From Lophium mytilinum (Eukaryota), in contig MU004183.1 in assembly GCA_010093605.1 (NCBI GenBank), positions 1,364,001 to 1,428,000 on the forward strand: a stretch of 64,000 nt of DNA, in the 5' to 3' direction. Both the position numbers and the translations under genes were made by a program. Under the pieces are notes generated by a model that searched no databases, had not been told where the DNA came from, and saw only the letters and a list, made by a program, of their open reading frames with translations. Below are positions 48,893-60,687 of this stretch, piece after piece (the stretch's first letter is position 1; each line of letters starts with the position of its first letter).

Positions 48893-51708
48893 CTAATACC
48901 GCTCGATAAGCCACACCCTCCTCTCCTTCTCCGGCATGTCCGCCAGCATCTTCTGCTCCACCTTCTTCATGGCCATGAAATCCCATACTAGGCCATTCGC
49001 CATGATCTCCTTTAGATCAGAGTCCTTGTCTAGCGCCTCGAGTGCTTCGTCGATAGTAGTAGGCATACGGCGATGGATGCCGTAATCAGTCTTCAGCTGT
49101 TCCGCCGACATACGGCTTGGATTATCTAGAAAGACAAATGGGGGTCAGCAAAGGCACTCTCCAGACCAAGAGCATACTCGAAAACAACTCACACGGACAA
49201 TCCTTCTCCATGAAAATCTCCGCTCCGCCCTCTTTCAGTCCTAGTAGTCCCGCACCTATCACGGCCGCCATGGCGAGATATATATTCGCCATCCCATCCA
49301 AACATCTGACCTCCCACCGCCCATCACTGACCTTCCGCAACGGCGTCTCACGGTTCTGCGTCCCCCACGCTACCCATGTTCCGCCCGTCCAATGGTCGTC
49401 AACCACGCGGCCGTAGCTCACAGCCTCGGGCATCGTGAAGGCGCAGACGGCTTCCAGGTGCTTGAGCACACCGCCAACGAAGAACGCGAGCTCCTTCTCT
49501 GGTGGGCTAACGGAGATATGAGCGTGAGCCGCAGTGCCGATGCCAGGGTAGGGCTGCGGGTGGAGTGTTGCGCGGAGGCCGTGCGTCGCTGCTATCTGAT
49601 AGATGACTTGACGGGCTTGGATTAGGGTGTCGATGGCAGCGAGGGCGGGAAGAGGTGGAAGCACGAATTCGTATTGCCCGGCCCCAGCCTCGGCGTGGAA
49701 TTGCTGGATAGAGATCCCGATTTCAGCCAGGCTGGTGGCGACTTCGGCGAGGAGGGGGAGTTGCTGCCATTGCTGGGGCGTTAAGGTGCCCCAGGCGTGA
49801 GCGGTTGTGAGAGGAGCGTAAGGGTCGTCTGCATTCTCCGGGTGGCGGGTGAGGAGAGTGACTTCGATTTCGAAGCCGACGAGAGTGGTGATGGAGTGCG
49901 TGGAGGAGAGGTCATCGAGGAGGGTATTAAGGCCTCCGCGGGGGCACTCTTTGATAGGACTTCCGTCTTCGTCTCGCCAAAAGCATAGCACGGTTGCGGA
50001 TGGTAGTGGGTCTTTCTTGTGGGTTCGTCGCAGGGTAGTCAAATCAGGCTCAAGATTTATCTGGCCTGTGGTGTTGACAGCAGGTGTTGAGACATCATTC
50101 TGTAGAGTGCCAGTATTGCCACGGGAGATACCAATTCGCCCGCCCGTCTTGACGAGGCGTTCAAATTCTGCGATTGGCACGATTCGGACTCGCATGGTGG
50201 CCATGTAATCGAGCCATTGAACGTATACAAATTGAATGGCCGAGTTGTCTTGCATGAAGTTTTCAAAAGCCTGGATGTCGTAAACTTTTGCCGGTAGAGG
50301 TGGCTTGGGATGCCACGCGATAGCTTTTTGGTTGGCCTCACCCGTTCCTTTCAAGTCCAAGACTGGAGATGGCTCCTTCAGCTCGTATAGGGCGTTCGCG
50401 TTGTTATAAAGTATATCTTTGGTCATTGAAATTGCTTGAGCAACGGTTAGGTCGTCTCTATTCACATACTCAGACAATACCTGTATATGATCGTCAGTAG
50501 AGTGGACAATGATTGCATATATTCACCATTGCGTTAGAAAGGGTTTTTAGACACGAGGGAATGGATACCTCGTATAGAGCTTCCCGGAACTGCTTATTTG
50601 CCAGCCAATACGTCTCTGGAAACCAGTGTCCGTCGGTTGAGTACAGTAGCTTGCCCCCGGGTACCAGCTCTAGGGATTGTCTTATTGCAGATATTTGGCC
50701 GTCTCTGCTCAACATTGGGAAGATCTCCCCAATATCAAGGAAGACATGACTGAAAACGGTAGCAAGATATCCTGCTTCTCTGGTATACGGATATGAAGAA
50801 TGGAGAAGAACGAAGGGCACAGCTGGGTAGTTTTCGATGAGCGGCTGAAGATAGGCGGGGTTGGACTGCAAGAGATTGATATCGTTGTCCCCAAGGCCAG
50901 TATGAAACTGCAAGGGCTTGGACAGATCCGCACCAGACGTGTGGTCGGAAAGAATCTCCAGAGTCTTCAACACAAGAAAATCATTCAACGCCTTTCTTTC
51001 AATCCTGTACTTCCGTTTTCTGACAGCTCGTTGAACATAGTGCTCGAACGGTTTCGACACTTGTAGCTCCAGGTTGTCATTGTAGTCGGGTTCGACATCC
51101 AGTCCGCTCCGGTAACAAACGACCGTTTTGAAGCCAGCAACGTCAGAATCTTTGATTGCGTCGACGATTGATCGCTCAAACTCTCCTGTAAAGAGGACCC
51201 ATATGTCGGTGAGATATCTTTCTTCTTCCAAATCTACTTCCGAGGCCTTCCGCAGAATGTTCTCCATGAGATACTCTGCAACTGTCTCGATCCTCACGAT
51301 GCGTTTCGTAACAGCTGGAGTGTATTGATCGTGCTCATCATAAGTAAGCACCTGCTCGGCTCCGCCCAATCCGTCATCCATGAGAATGCAGTGAGTTCCA
51401 TGCAAGCATTTTCGGATGAGAGCCTCCTGGTCGTTGTGGAGCCATTCAGCCCGTTTTTTAAGGATCTCATCCCAAGCAGCGTCCTTTGGGCATTCATATA
51501 GTTCTCTCAGCTGCCTCTCGGCTCGAAGGTGTGATAACGACTTGAATGTGTCTTGTAGGGCCCTTCCCTGTGCTTCCGAAGTGATGGATTCGAAGGGATG
51601 AGCTTCCACGTGAGCGGGTAATAGCAAGTTGTGCGCATGATTGTCGATGATAGGGCAACTCTCTACGGCAGCTTTGAGGGGCTCCAACGCCGTTCTGCCG
51701 TCAGCCAT
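48893..51708 (-). CDS. fluG: FluG-like amidohydrolase plus glutamine-synthetase-like fusion protein
   Basis: IIDNHAHNL, QFHTGLGDND and YSTDGHWFPE (amidohydrolase); GFEIE, FHAEAGAGQYEF and WGTQNRETPLR (GS-like). Introns 50568-50481 and 49192-49126. Confidence 0.92.
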
Positions 51709-52168
51709 GGTGAGGGTGAGGTGATGTTGTATGATGGAAACACACGCAGGCTAGGAAAGAGGCGATGAGACCGTGGAGAGCGCAGCTGTTCACATGACTC
51801 AACACGACCTTCGGTAGCCCTTTCGTAACTCTAATTCAAGGCTGATGTTGTTGACCGGTGTGCTTAGTAGAGTTTAGTGATGATGTAGCCTTCAAGCCTC
51901 AGATACCGCGGGGACAGCTCATGTGATCGGAAACGAAACATCCCGAATTTAATTCATGGCACGACGAATCAAAATAGTAGGATAGCAGTTCACTAAAGCA
52001 TTGCTGTCTTGCTTTCAAATACAACTACTACAGCCTGCTCAACATCATACTCTGTAACAGAATACCACTGGTGCATTCGGGCAGGTCTTCAAGTTCAAAA
52101 AAATTGGAGTAGTCCAGGGTGGCTCTCCACCAACCATACCCCCGCTCTCCACACCGTTAAGGCGCAAC

Positions 52169-52180
52169 AAAAAGCAAAAA
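52169..52180 (-). terminator. RNA polymerase III oligo-T terminator of the tRNA gene
   Basis: The minus strand reads TTTTTGCTTTTT starting 6 nt after the discriminator base. Confidence 0.75.
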
Positions 52181-52185
52181 GATAA

Positions 52186-52321
52186 TGGTCAATACGGGGG
52201 TCGAACCCGCGGCCTTGGCGTTAACATACGATATTAGCACCACGCTCTAACCTATGATGAGTTAGGATATGATCGAGATCAAGGTGTGTTGTGATGAGCT
52301 TACCAACTGAGCTAATCGACC
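52186..52321 (-). tRNA. tRNA-Ile(AAU) with two introns: 52-nt spliceosomal-type in the D-loop (52303-52252) and 10-nt canonical at 37/38 (52231-52222)
   Basis: Spliced sequence GGTCGATTAGCTCAGTTG|GTTAGAGCGTGGTGCTAATA|ACGCCAAGGCCGCGGGTTCGACCCCCGTATTGACCA. All four stems pair, the anticodon AAT is at 52235-52233, and the B box GGTTCGACCC is intact. Confidence 0.9.
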
Positions 52322-53263
52322 TGTTGATCTGTTTGATGGAAGACCAAGTAAAAATAACTACTATATAGAATGGGACATCTTCTAGACTTTGGCTATGGTG
52401 AAAGCCCTTCAGTGCAAATTTGCGCTTACCCCCTGGTGGATATTTGACCCACTTCCCCTCCCGAAGCTCGGCCCGCAACTTCTTTGCAGGCGCCTTCGCC
52501 AAACCACCATCATGAAGTACAGCTATTCATCTAGCAGAGACATTGTGGGCTGTCCTGCTGGCTGACTTACAGGGGCGAGCCAGTCTGCGGAGTTGTGTCC
52601 ATCCCAAGTGGCAAAACTCGTGATCAAGAATGACTCTGCACACGACTGAGTCTGCAATACGAAGCTCGCTGGGTATAGATCTGCAGCCAAGCTGAGGGGC
52701 GCAGTAGCATTGCATCTTTCTCTTTGAATACAGCCACACTTCACATGATCTTTTCGTCTTGTGATTTGCCTGATCAAAACGAACTCTATGCCAAGCTCCA
52801 AAGGTAGATGTTCAAGATTCTAAGTCAAGCTCGTATCTCTATTATCAGTACGAAACACCATGGTCAATCTTCCGACAAGAGGTGTAAGCGTACAGATGAC
52901 GAAGTTTTGGTCATCCACCCCTTCCCCAATCTCTGGATCTCCTCTCCGCCATTCCCCCGGATCGTCCAGTAAGCTGCGGCACCGGGACGCGCCGGGGCGA
53001 CTCCGTGGCGCTCAGGAGACAATCCGTAGTCACGCTTTTGACAACGCAGCTCAGCAACTCCGTGCCAGGTATGCCAGCATGCAGCTGGAAAAACATCGTA
53101 CGATAATAATATGCAACTCTTGAAATGGTAGAGTAGTATGTTATATGTATCTGCCCCACAGATTATTTTACTATCTTCAATCTAAATCACATCCTTATAT
53201 TCTTGCAATAATTATTGATTATTCGAACTGTCAATCTCCAAATACCATCGATCACATACCATC

Positions 53264-54121
53264 ATGAGAAACGTTCTTATTGTTGGCGCGACACGAGGCC
53301 TCGGGCACTCTCTGGCAGCCCAATATGCGAAGAAAGGCATGACAGTCTATGCAACTGCCCGTTACTCCATTCCTCAGACGCCAGCACATGGCATCCATTG
53401 GATTGCAAATGTCGATGTAGCCCACGAGGGAGCTGGTCGCAGAATAACTGCTCAATGGCAGGAAGAAACCAAGATCGATGTTCTCATCATTTGTGCTGGT
53501 TACTTTGCTATGGAAACTCTCGAAGAGCCTCATTGGGACAAGGAAGTCACCATGTACAAGACTTGTGCGATCGGGCCCGTGTTTCTCGTCCATCATCTTC
53601 TCCACGCAGGGCTCCTAAAGAGGAATAGTAGAGTGATCCTTGTTGGATCTGAAAGCGGAAGCGTGACGCTGCGCCATGAGAGTCAAGGCGGAGGTAACTA
53701 CGGAGGGCATGGAAGTAAAGCTGCTCTCAATATGGTTGGGAAGCTCTTGAGCATAGACTTAAAGCCGAAGGGTATCGCTGTTGCCATCGTCCATACAGGC
53801 TATCTGAGGAAAGAGAACAAGGAGGGCTATTTTGAGCCTGGTTCAAAAGGAGGTAAGTCCTGCTGCATTCCTACTACACATACGGTTCTTGACTATTTTC
53901 CTAGCTGTCAAGCCAGGTGAAGCTGCCACTGGACTAGTCGAGTGGATTGAATCCTTTGATATGTCTAAGACTGGGGAGCTTTGGGCGCCAAGGGGAGCTG
54001 GGTACGTTCTTCTTTACAGATTTATGGTTTGAAACTTACGAAACATAGCGACATCAATTCCGCTGAGGTTGTGCTTGGTCCACTAGATACGCTGCCAGTG
54101 CCGCTTCAGCTACCGTGGTAG
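53264..54121 (+). CDS. Short-chain dehydrogenase/reductase, CsgA (C-factor)-like
   Basis: VLIVGATRGLG, SESGSV, YGGHGSKAALNM and VHTG. Two 3' introns. Ends LQLPW*. Confidence 0.88.
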
Positions 54122-54822
54122 TCTAGCGGTCAAACTTTTCTCGCTAGTCTGTTCGTAGCATACTTTTCCTACGTTGGTCTCCAATATCGTGGTGACAAGA
54201 CTAAGGTCTTCTCGCCTCATAATAAGCGCCCTTATCATTATTATCATCTGGACAAGGAATAGTCGGGAGACATTCTCGGTAGTCTTCAATTCGGCATGCA
54301 TCGGCATGGAGGTTGCAAAGCGCTCGAAGGGCGTGAAATCAAGAGAATGACATGAGAATTATTTAGTATGTGGAGAGTCAAGTCAAAATTGAATTACCTA
54401 GATGAACATATCTATATATTGATATCCTTGAAAGTGAACGTAATATCAACTTATAGACGAGTTCTCATACTCTCCCTTGGAAGTGTCGCAAAGTCGAGAG
54501 TCACTAGCGCGCAAGGCTCCCCGCACTACTTTCGCCTTATCAACGCACTGCACTCCTCAGTACGTTGTACTCCTCAGAACGTTGTCAGTTTTCCATAAAG
54601 TAAGTCCACCGTTCAGCCTTGCCAGGTCCGTATTATGCGTGCCCGATGTCCACAGCACCGGTCACTCTTTCTGCAGTCATTAAGATGCAGTCTGCAACCG
54701 ACACTAGCTTTCACTGGCCCATTGGCTTTATCCATTGGCGATCCTCTCGACTTGCTGGACTGGCGACTTGATGCTAACAGCACTTCCTAGACATAGTCGC
54801 GCGAAGCGCACTGTAGCTTATC

Positions 54823-56337
54823 ATGCCTGCGATGCTGGATGATCCGACTGCTGCCATCATCTACCGTACTTCTGGCGAAATGCCATACCCTACCGCGGGG
54901 ACGCCGCTTCCTCTGGACATTATACCCCGCCAGGTCATCCTCAGAGACAGAGTCACAACGGCTACCTTGTTACCTTTCTCTTCGCCGGATCAGGTGCCTG
55001 TGTCGTTGGTAGCATACCTGTCGGACCAACTCAATCGCGAAATCGAAAAGGGCGACACTTATCCCATGATCACCCCGCTACCTCTCGAATCCTTCGGCCC
55101 ATACTGGTTTGGTGTATTCGGTGCTGTTATGCTTCTGGGGGATATACAAAGCCCTGCGCAGCTTCTCGATATGGAGAGACAGGGACGAGACTGGGATAAA
55201 GAATGTCTGGGGAGTTTCTACATCAAGCCAAATTACCCCGGCCGGTCTAGCCACGTCTGCAATGCTGGCTTCATAGTCACAGATGGTGCGCGAAATCGAG
55301 GTGTGGGTAGACTGATGGGAGAATGCTACCTAGATTGGGCTCCGAAACTTGTTGGTAGCCCTCGAAAGTCGTGCAGAACATGATCGCTGATTGATTAGGG
55401 CTACACTTATTCTGTGTTCAACCTTGTCTACGAGACCAACGTTGCATCCTGCCGTATTTGGGACGCTCTTGGCTTCAAGCGTATTGGAAGAGTCAAAGGA
55501 GCTGGAAACCTCAAATCATACCCCGACGAGCCCGTCGATGCGATAATCTACGGTCGAAGTCTTGGAGGTGACGATGATTTTGTTTCTGAGGAGCGATTCG
55601 ACAAAATAAGGTACTATCTCAAATACGACAAATACCCCGATGGCGCCGATCGAGCGGAAAAGAGCCGGCTAAGGAGCGCTTCACTACACTACAGCCTCAT
55701 CCCGGCCTCGGGCGACGAGCCGGAAAAACTGATGCTAAAGGGAAAAGAGGTGATTCCGGACCCTCAAAAGCAGTACGAAATTGCTCGAACCTTTCACTTA
55801 GACAGACACGGGGGAATCAACAAGACTACGGCTGCGATCGCCGAGAAATACCATTGGGTGAGGATCAAGGAGACTGTTAGCCAGGTCATTCGCCATTGTT
55901 CAGAATGCGGCGAACCAAGTAAAGCGGAACCTCCACGACCAGCTGCTTCGGCGCGACCCCAAACTTCGAGACAAGATTCAGCCCCTTCGAAAGCGCAATC
56001 ACCGTCTCCGAGTCAACAGCTTCAGCAGGAGGCTTCCGGGGCAAGCCTCCCAGAGATTGAGCAACAGCTTGAAGCTTACGGGAGTTCTACTTATCAAGTA
56101 CCAGAGCCGGTGTATTATCGAGACGGCGACATGCCGGTTGACCCTCAGCTTATGAACCCTCCTCTCGACCATCCGCCGTCACCCTTCCTTTCGGCGACTC
56201 TGTCAACGCCTGCTGATGGAAGCTCCGCGCAGGACACACCGATGACAGGAACTGGTGAATCTAAGCCTACAATGTCGCATTTGACACAGCAGATGGCCCA
56301 TACTACCACATATAACCCAACGGCAAGAAGGCAATGA
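54823..56337 (+). CDS. SPT10: Spt10-like GNAT acetyltransferase with H2C2 zinc-binding domain
   Basis: GSFYIKPNYPGRSSHVCNAGF, FNLVYETNVAS and H..HGGINKT..YHW..CSEC. Intron 55351-55398. Confidence 0.88.
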
Positions 56338-57042
56338 GCATCACCAGGATGATATAGATCAATCTCACGTCTGCCACAACGTGGCTCTGGATTCTGACGT
56401 TGATAGAGGTGGTTGTAGTAGTGCTTTTATGTCCTTTTATACGTTGCTGTGGGCTTCGGCCTCAACACAAGAAGGTAAAGATGTCTTAGGTAGTAGAAAT
56501 AGACTACTTATGAATATAAAGACTGGCACCATATTAGCACCTTGATGCCAATGCCGTTATACCTCGTATCTGCGCACCACCTAATCAACAACAACGCAAA
56601 TTGCAGTAGAGAGCGAAATTCTTGTTCAATCGTCCGTTTCGTTTCTCGACGTATAGTCTGCATGTTGTTGGAGGTGAAGCATTTTAGCTCTAACGCTCTA
56701 CATAGTTTAGTCTAAAGTAATTCACATCTGCTATGGTGGAGTTCAAAACTTCGTGATCGCCGTTGACATCCCTGAGGCGATGACGCACGCCAGTCGCGGG
56801 CGATCCAAACAGCACCCCTCCATCAGCCACAGCCATATGCCAGAGATCGTCATAGGGCAGCCATGCCAACTTAATAGAGCGCAAACTCTCCTGATGCCTA
56901 CACTCACATATTGCCATTATTGAAACACCCTGGTGTCTAGCACAAAGACTCTACGACCTGCCACCCTCTCAACTCTATCTCGAACCCCGCTACAACTACG
57001 ACACTCGAACCCCTCCACCTAAAACAACCCCACCACGCCACC

Positions 57043-58434
57043 ATGGTCCTCGAATACTTCACCAAGCACACCAACAAGCACCAGCATGCCGAAAACGGGG
57101 AGCACAACGCCCAAACACCCGTTCTGAATGACGAGGACGAGTTGTTCCTCCAGCGCATCACATCCGAGGGCACGCCACCACCGCTGCCTGAGAGACCCGT
57201 CGTCATACTCGATAATGGCACGAAGCTGCAGGGCAAGGATGCGCAGACTGCGCTGATGAATGGCGCAGAGAAGGTTCCACTTCCTACATCTCCGCCTGTG
57301 GATAGCGAAGGCAAAGAACTCATTGACGATGTGCAGAAGACGACGGGTGAAACAAGTGAGAAGAAGAGCAGGAAATTCTTGTCGTATTTGCCGGCGATTC
57401 CTGGGCGTGGAAAGGTATGATGACTTTCTTCACAACCGTACAACCTCGTACTAACGTTTTGTGTAGGGCAAAGCCAAAGAAGCCGCCGCCGCAGACCTCC
57501 ACGCCATCGCCGCGTCCTCCAAACCTGGCGCCCCGTCCTTAGCCACCGCCGAAGAAGAAAAGGAGCAGCAAGACCTTACTGCTATCCTCGACGATCTCAA
57601 CCTCTCCGCCGTCAACAACCGCGTCTTCAGCTTCTCAAAGGAATCCCAAGAACTCCTCGATAAATTCAAGCTCGTGCTCAAGGATATCATCAATGGCGTC
57701 CCCACCGCCTACGACGATCTCGAGAAACTGCTCACAGGCTCAGAAGCCCAGCTAAAGAAGCTATTCGGCGCTCTGCCGCCCTTCCTACAAACCCTCGTCA
57801 AGAGCCTCCCCGCAAAGATGACCGCAACACTAGGACCAGAATTCCTGGCTGCGGCATCCGAAAAGCCCGGCTTCGACGCGATGAGCGCGAGCGGCAGCAA
57901 ACCCTCAAGACGCCCCAAGATCCCCAGCCTGAAATCCCTAGTTGCATCTCAAGGCGCAGTGGCGACGATGTTGAAGAGCATCCTCAACTTCCTCAAACTC
58001 CGCTTCCCGGCTTTCGTCACCGGGACCAACGTTCTAATGTCCTTAGCCGTGTTCCGTAAGCTACACCCCGATCGATACTACCCTTATTAAATGCTAATGA
58101 TACTGTGATCGCAGTCCTCCTCTTCGTCTTCTGGTACTGCCACAAACGCGGCCGCGAAACCCGCCTCGAGCGCGAACGCGTTGACGCCGAGGGCAACCCC
58201 ATCGGCGGCGAGTCCGACGTCTCCGACCTCGAGGATAGCACCGTGCTCGAGAAGCCTAGAGACACGGATGTGCAGCCGCCTCTGATCATCCACCCTGACA
58301 GCGGCGCGCCGGATAAGCCTAGTGCAACGGTGTCTGATATGCCTTCCGTGCTTGACCTGCCGGAGCCGGCGACGGTCCCACTACCTGAGGGAACGACGCC
58401 GTTGAAGGAGGAGCCGATTGAGGTGAAGAGGTAG
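57043..58434 (+). CDS. Conserved fungal hypothetical protein with a C-terminal TM segment
   Basis: Three exons in frame: PVLNDEDELFLQRIT, LNLSAVNNRVFSFS, LKDIINGVPTAYDDLE and VLLFVFWYCHKRGRE. Confidence 0.8.
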
Positions 58435-58869
58435 AAGGGAAAAGGATGGGAGGACGGCAGGTGATGGGTTTTGGTGATTGGACTTAGAATGATATGATAT
58501 CCCTGATGCGCGGCTGTGGAGTTCTGGTTATGGTTGTTTTACTAGTACGGTACGATCTTTAATACACGAAATCACGATTCGATTGAGACCCGTTGGCATA
58601 TTGCAAGACTCCAAACAATGAGATATGATTAGCTATGAGTCTTAAGCTGCAAGACAAAACCGCAGTGAAAGAACACAGCAAGCGTCTATAAACTATATGA
58701 GATCGAAGGAAGCCGTCTGAAAGATAAGATAAGGAAGAGGACTAAACCCATTCGCTTTTGTCCCATGCCCTAAATAATGCAGCCAATAATGCACCATATC
58801 CTCTACCCAATGGACCAGCGCGTGTCCAAAACCCACATCAGCACACCTGATGAGTGAACAGCTTGGGTG

Positions 58870-60687
58870 TCAATACACTCCCCAGTCCCCTCCATCCAAC
58901 AAGCTCTGACTCGCCACAAAGCTGAACCCTCCGAACGGATTCTGCTCCGCACTCGTAACATCGTACTCCGAGAACGTACTTTTGCGACTCGACACAGGAC
59001 TCAACGCCAAATCCGTAAATTCATTCGCGAAGTTCTCCGCGAGCTCGGGATCCGTAATCAGCGGCTGGATCGGGGGCGTCAACTCCCTCTTCTCCAAGAG
59101 ATTCCAGTCAAGCTTCTTAAAGAAGCGATGCTCTTTAAGGATTTTGAGGTCCTTGGGCATATTCCCGCCTAGCCGCTTCTTAGGCTCCTTGCGCAGTAAG
59201 CGGGTTAAGAGGTCCTTGGCGTCGGGTCCCAGGTAGTAGGGCAACACGAGCTTCTGCTTCAGGATCTTCTCCTGGATCTTCGCGTGATTGTTGCCGGCGA
59301 AAGGGGGTGCGCCGGTGAGGAGGTCGAAGCCGAGCGCGCCAAAGGACCACCAGTCGACCGCCATGCCGTACTTGACGCCTGCGATGACTTCGGGCGCCAT
59401 GTACTCGATCGTGCCGAGGAAGGAGTTGCAGTTGGTCTCGCCGTCGCACGCGACCTTGCTGAGGCCGAAGTCGGTCAGCAAGAGATGGCCTTCGGAATCT
59501 AGGAGGCAGTTTTCAGGCTTGAGATCGCGGTAGATGACTCCGACGGTGCGGTGGAGGTGGTCGAGGGCGAGGACCATCTCGGCCATGTAGAAGGCGACGG
59601 TTTCTTCTGGGAACATGCGCTCAGCGGCGAGGTGGTGGAAGAGCTCGCCGCCTTGGGCGTATTCGAGGATCAGGTAGAGCTTCTCGTGGTCTTGGAAGGC
59701 GTAGTACAGCTTTACGACGAAGGCGTGGCGGTTGACACTTTCGAGGATGGCGCGTTCGGTTTTGGTCTGCTCGATCAGCTTCTTGTGGACGGTCATGGAG
59801 GCCTTCCGGAATTGCTTCTGTGCGTAAAGACGGCCGGTCTCGCGTTGCTTGACTAGGAGCACGGTTCCGTAGCTACCCTTACCGAGGCAAGTGAGAGGTT
59901 CAAAGTCCCCTGCAGTCATTTTGCGCATGGTGGATGTGCCGCGTACTTCGCCGTCATCCTGCACCTCATCGGTCTTAGCTGGCGCACTGGAGCTAACAAA
60001 ATCGGTTTCGAAGTTGACTTCATAGCTCTCCATCTCAGTCCTGTCGCTATCGCTGTCTAGCCCAGAAACGCTGGCATTGCTGGAGATGCCGGACCTCAAC
60101 ATTCCTGTCAAGTTACTCCTCGTAGGCGTGGTTGTCCCGGAGTTGATGCTAAGAGCCTCGAGCTTCTGCTTCAAGGAACTAATACCTCCAGCGGCAGAGA
60201 TTGGCCTTAGAGAGGGACTGCTTGTGACGCTCCCGAAGTCGGGTATAGTGGGACCAAGTCTCGGAGTGTTGATAGCTGAGTAGTCCGATTCCTCTCCTCC
60301 AGATGTAACCGGGGTGTGAAAGCCGCGAATGGTCGTCATCGCTGGAGCGCCAGGCTTCATACTCTTCTTCTTTTTCTTGTTCTTCTTGGCCTTCTTTAGA
60401 ACAACATCGAAGTCCAGCTTCTCGGTGGGAGGAATAGATCTAAGCGCTTTGGTAGATTCGACTGGGCGCATTGCAGGGGAAGAAATATTAATGGGAGGAG
60501 TTCCAGTGTGAGGTCTAGCACTGATAGCGGGACGATCAATATCCATGGCTCCCGCGCCCACTGCAAAGACATCATCCTCATCAGGGTCCAAAGCGCGCAT
60601 GTGTCCGGGGAGCGTTCTGGAAACATTTTGCGGAAGTCCTGCCGGCGACAGGTGCCGGTCAACCTGGTCGAATGCGAACATGGTCAT
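58870..60687 (-). CDS. psk1: AGC kinase, Psk1/Ypk3 (S6K-like)
   Basis: GKGSYGTV, LYAQKQFRKAS, YRDLKPEN, SFLGTIEYMAPE, and C-terminal PPIQPLITDPELAENF..FGGFSFVA. Confidence 0.85.
   Translation of the reverse strand: MTMFAFDQVDRHLSPAGLPQNVSRTLPGHMRALDPDEDDVFAVGAGAMDIDRPAISARPHTGTPPINISSPAMRPVESTKALRSIPPTEKLDFDVVLKKAKKNKKKKKSMKPGAPAMTTIRGFHTPVTSGGEESDYSAINTPRLGPTIPDFGSVTSSPSLRPISAAGGISSLKQKLEALSINSGTTTPTRSNLTGMLRSGISSNASVSGLDSDSDRTEMESYEVNFETDFVSSSAPAKTDEVQDDGEVRGTSTMRKMTAGDFEPLTCLGKGSYGTVLLVKQRETGRLYAQKQFRKASMTVHKKLIEQTKTERAILESVNRHAFVVKLYYAFQDHEKLYLILEYAQGGELFHHLAAERMFPEETVAFYMAEMVLALDHLHRTVGVIYRDLKPENCLLDSEGHLLLTDFGLSKVACDGETNCNSFLGTIEYMAPEVIAGVKYGMAVDWWSFGALGFDLLTGAPPFAGNNHAKIQEKILKQKLVLPYYLGPDAKDLLTRLLRKEPKKRLGGNMPKDLKILKEHRFFKKLDWNLLEKRELTPPIQPLITDPELAENFANEFTDLALSPVSSRKSTFSEYDVTSAEQNPFGGFSFVASQSLLDGGDWGVY

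Noticed and set aside
52221..52502. 93-aa ORF that might explain the spliceosomal intron as an mRNA intron
   Set aside because: Non-ATG start and no protein features; the flanking exons form a complete tRNA cloverleaf.
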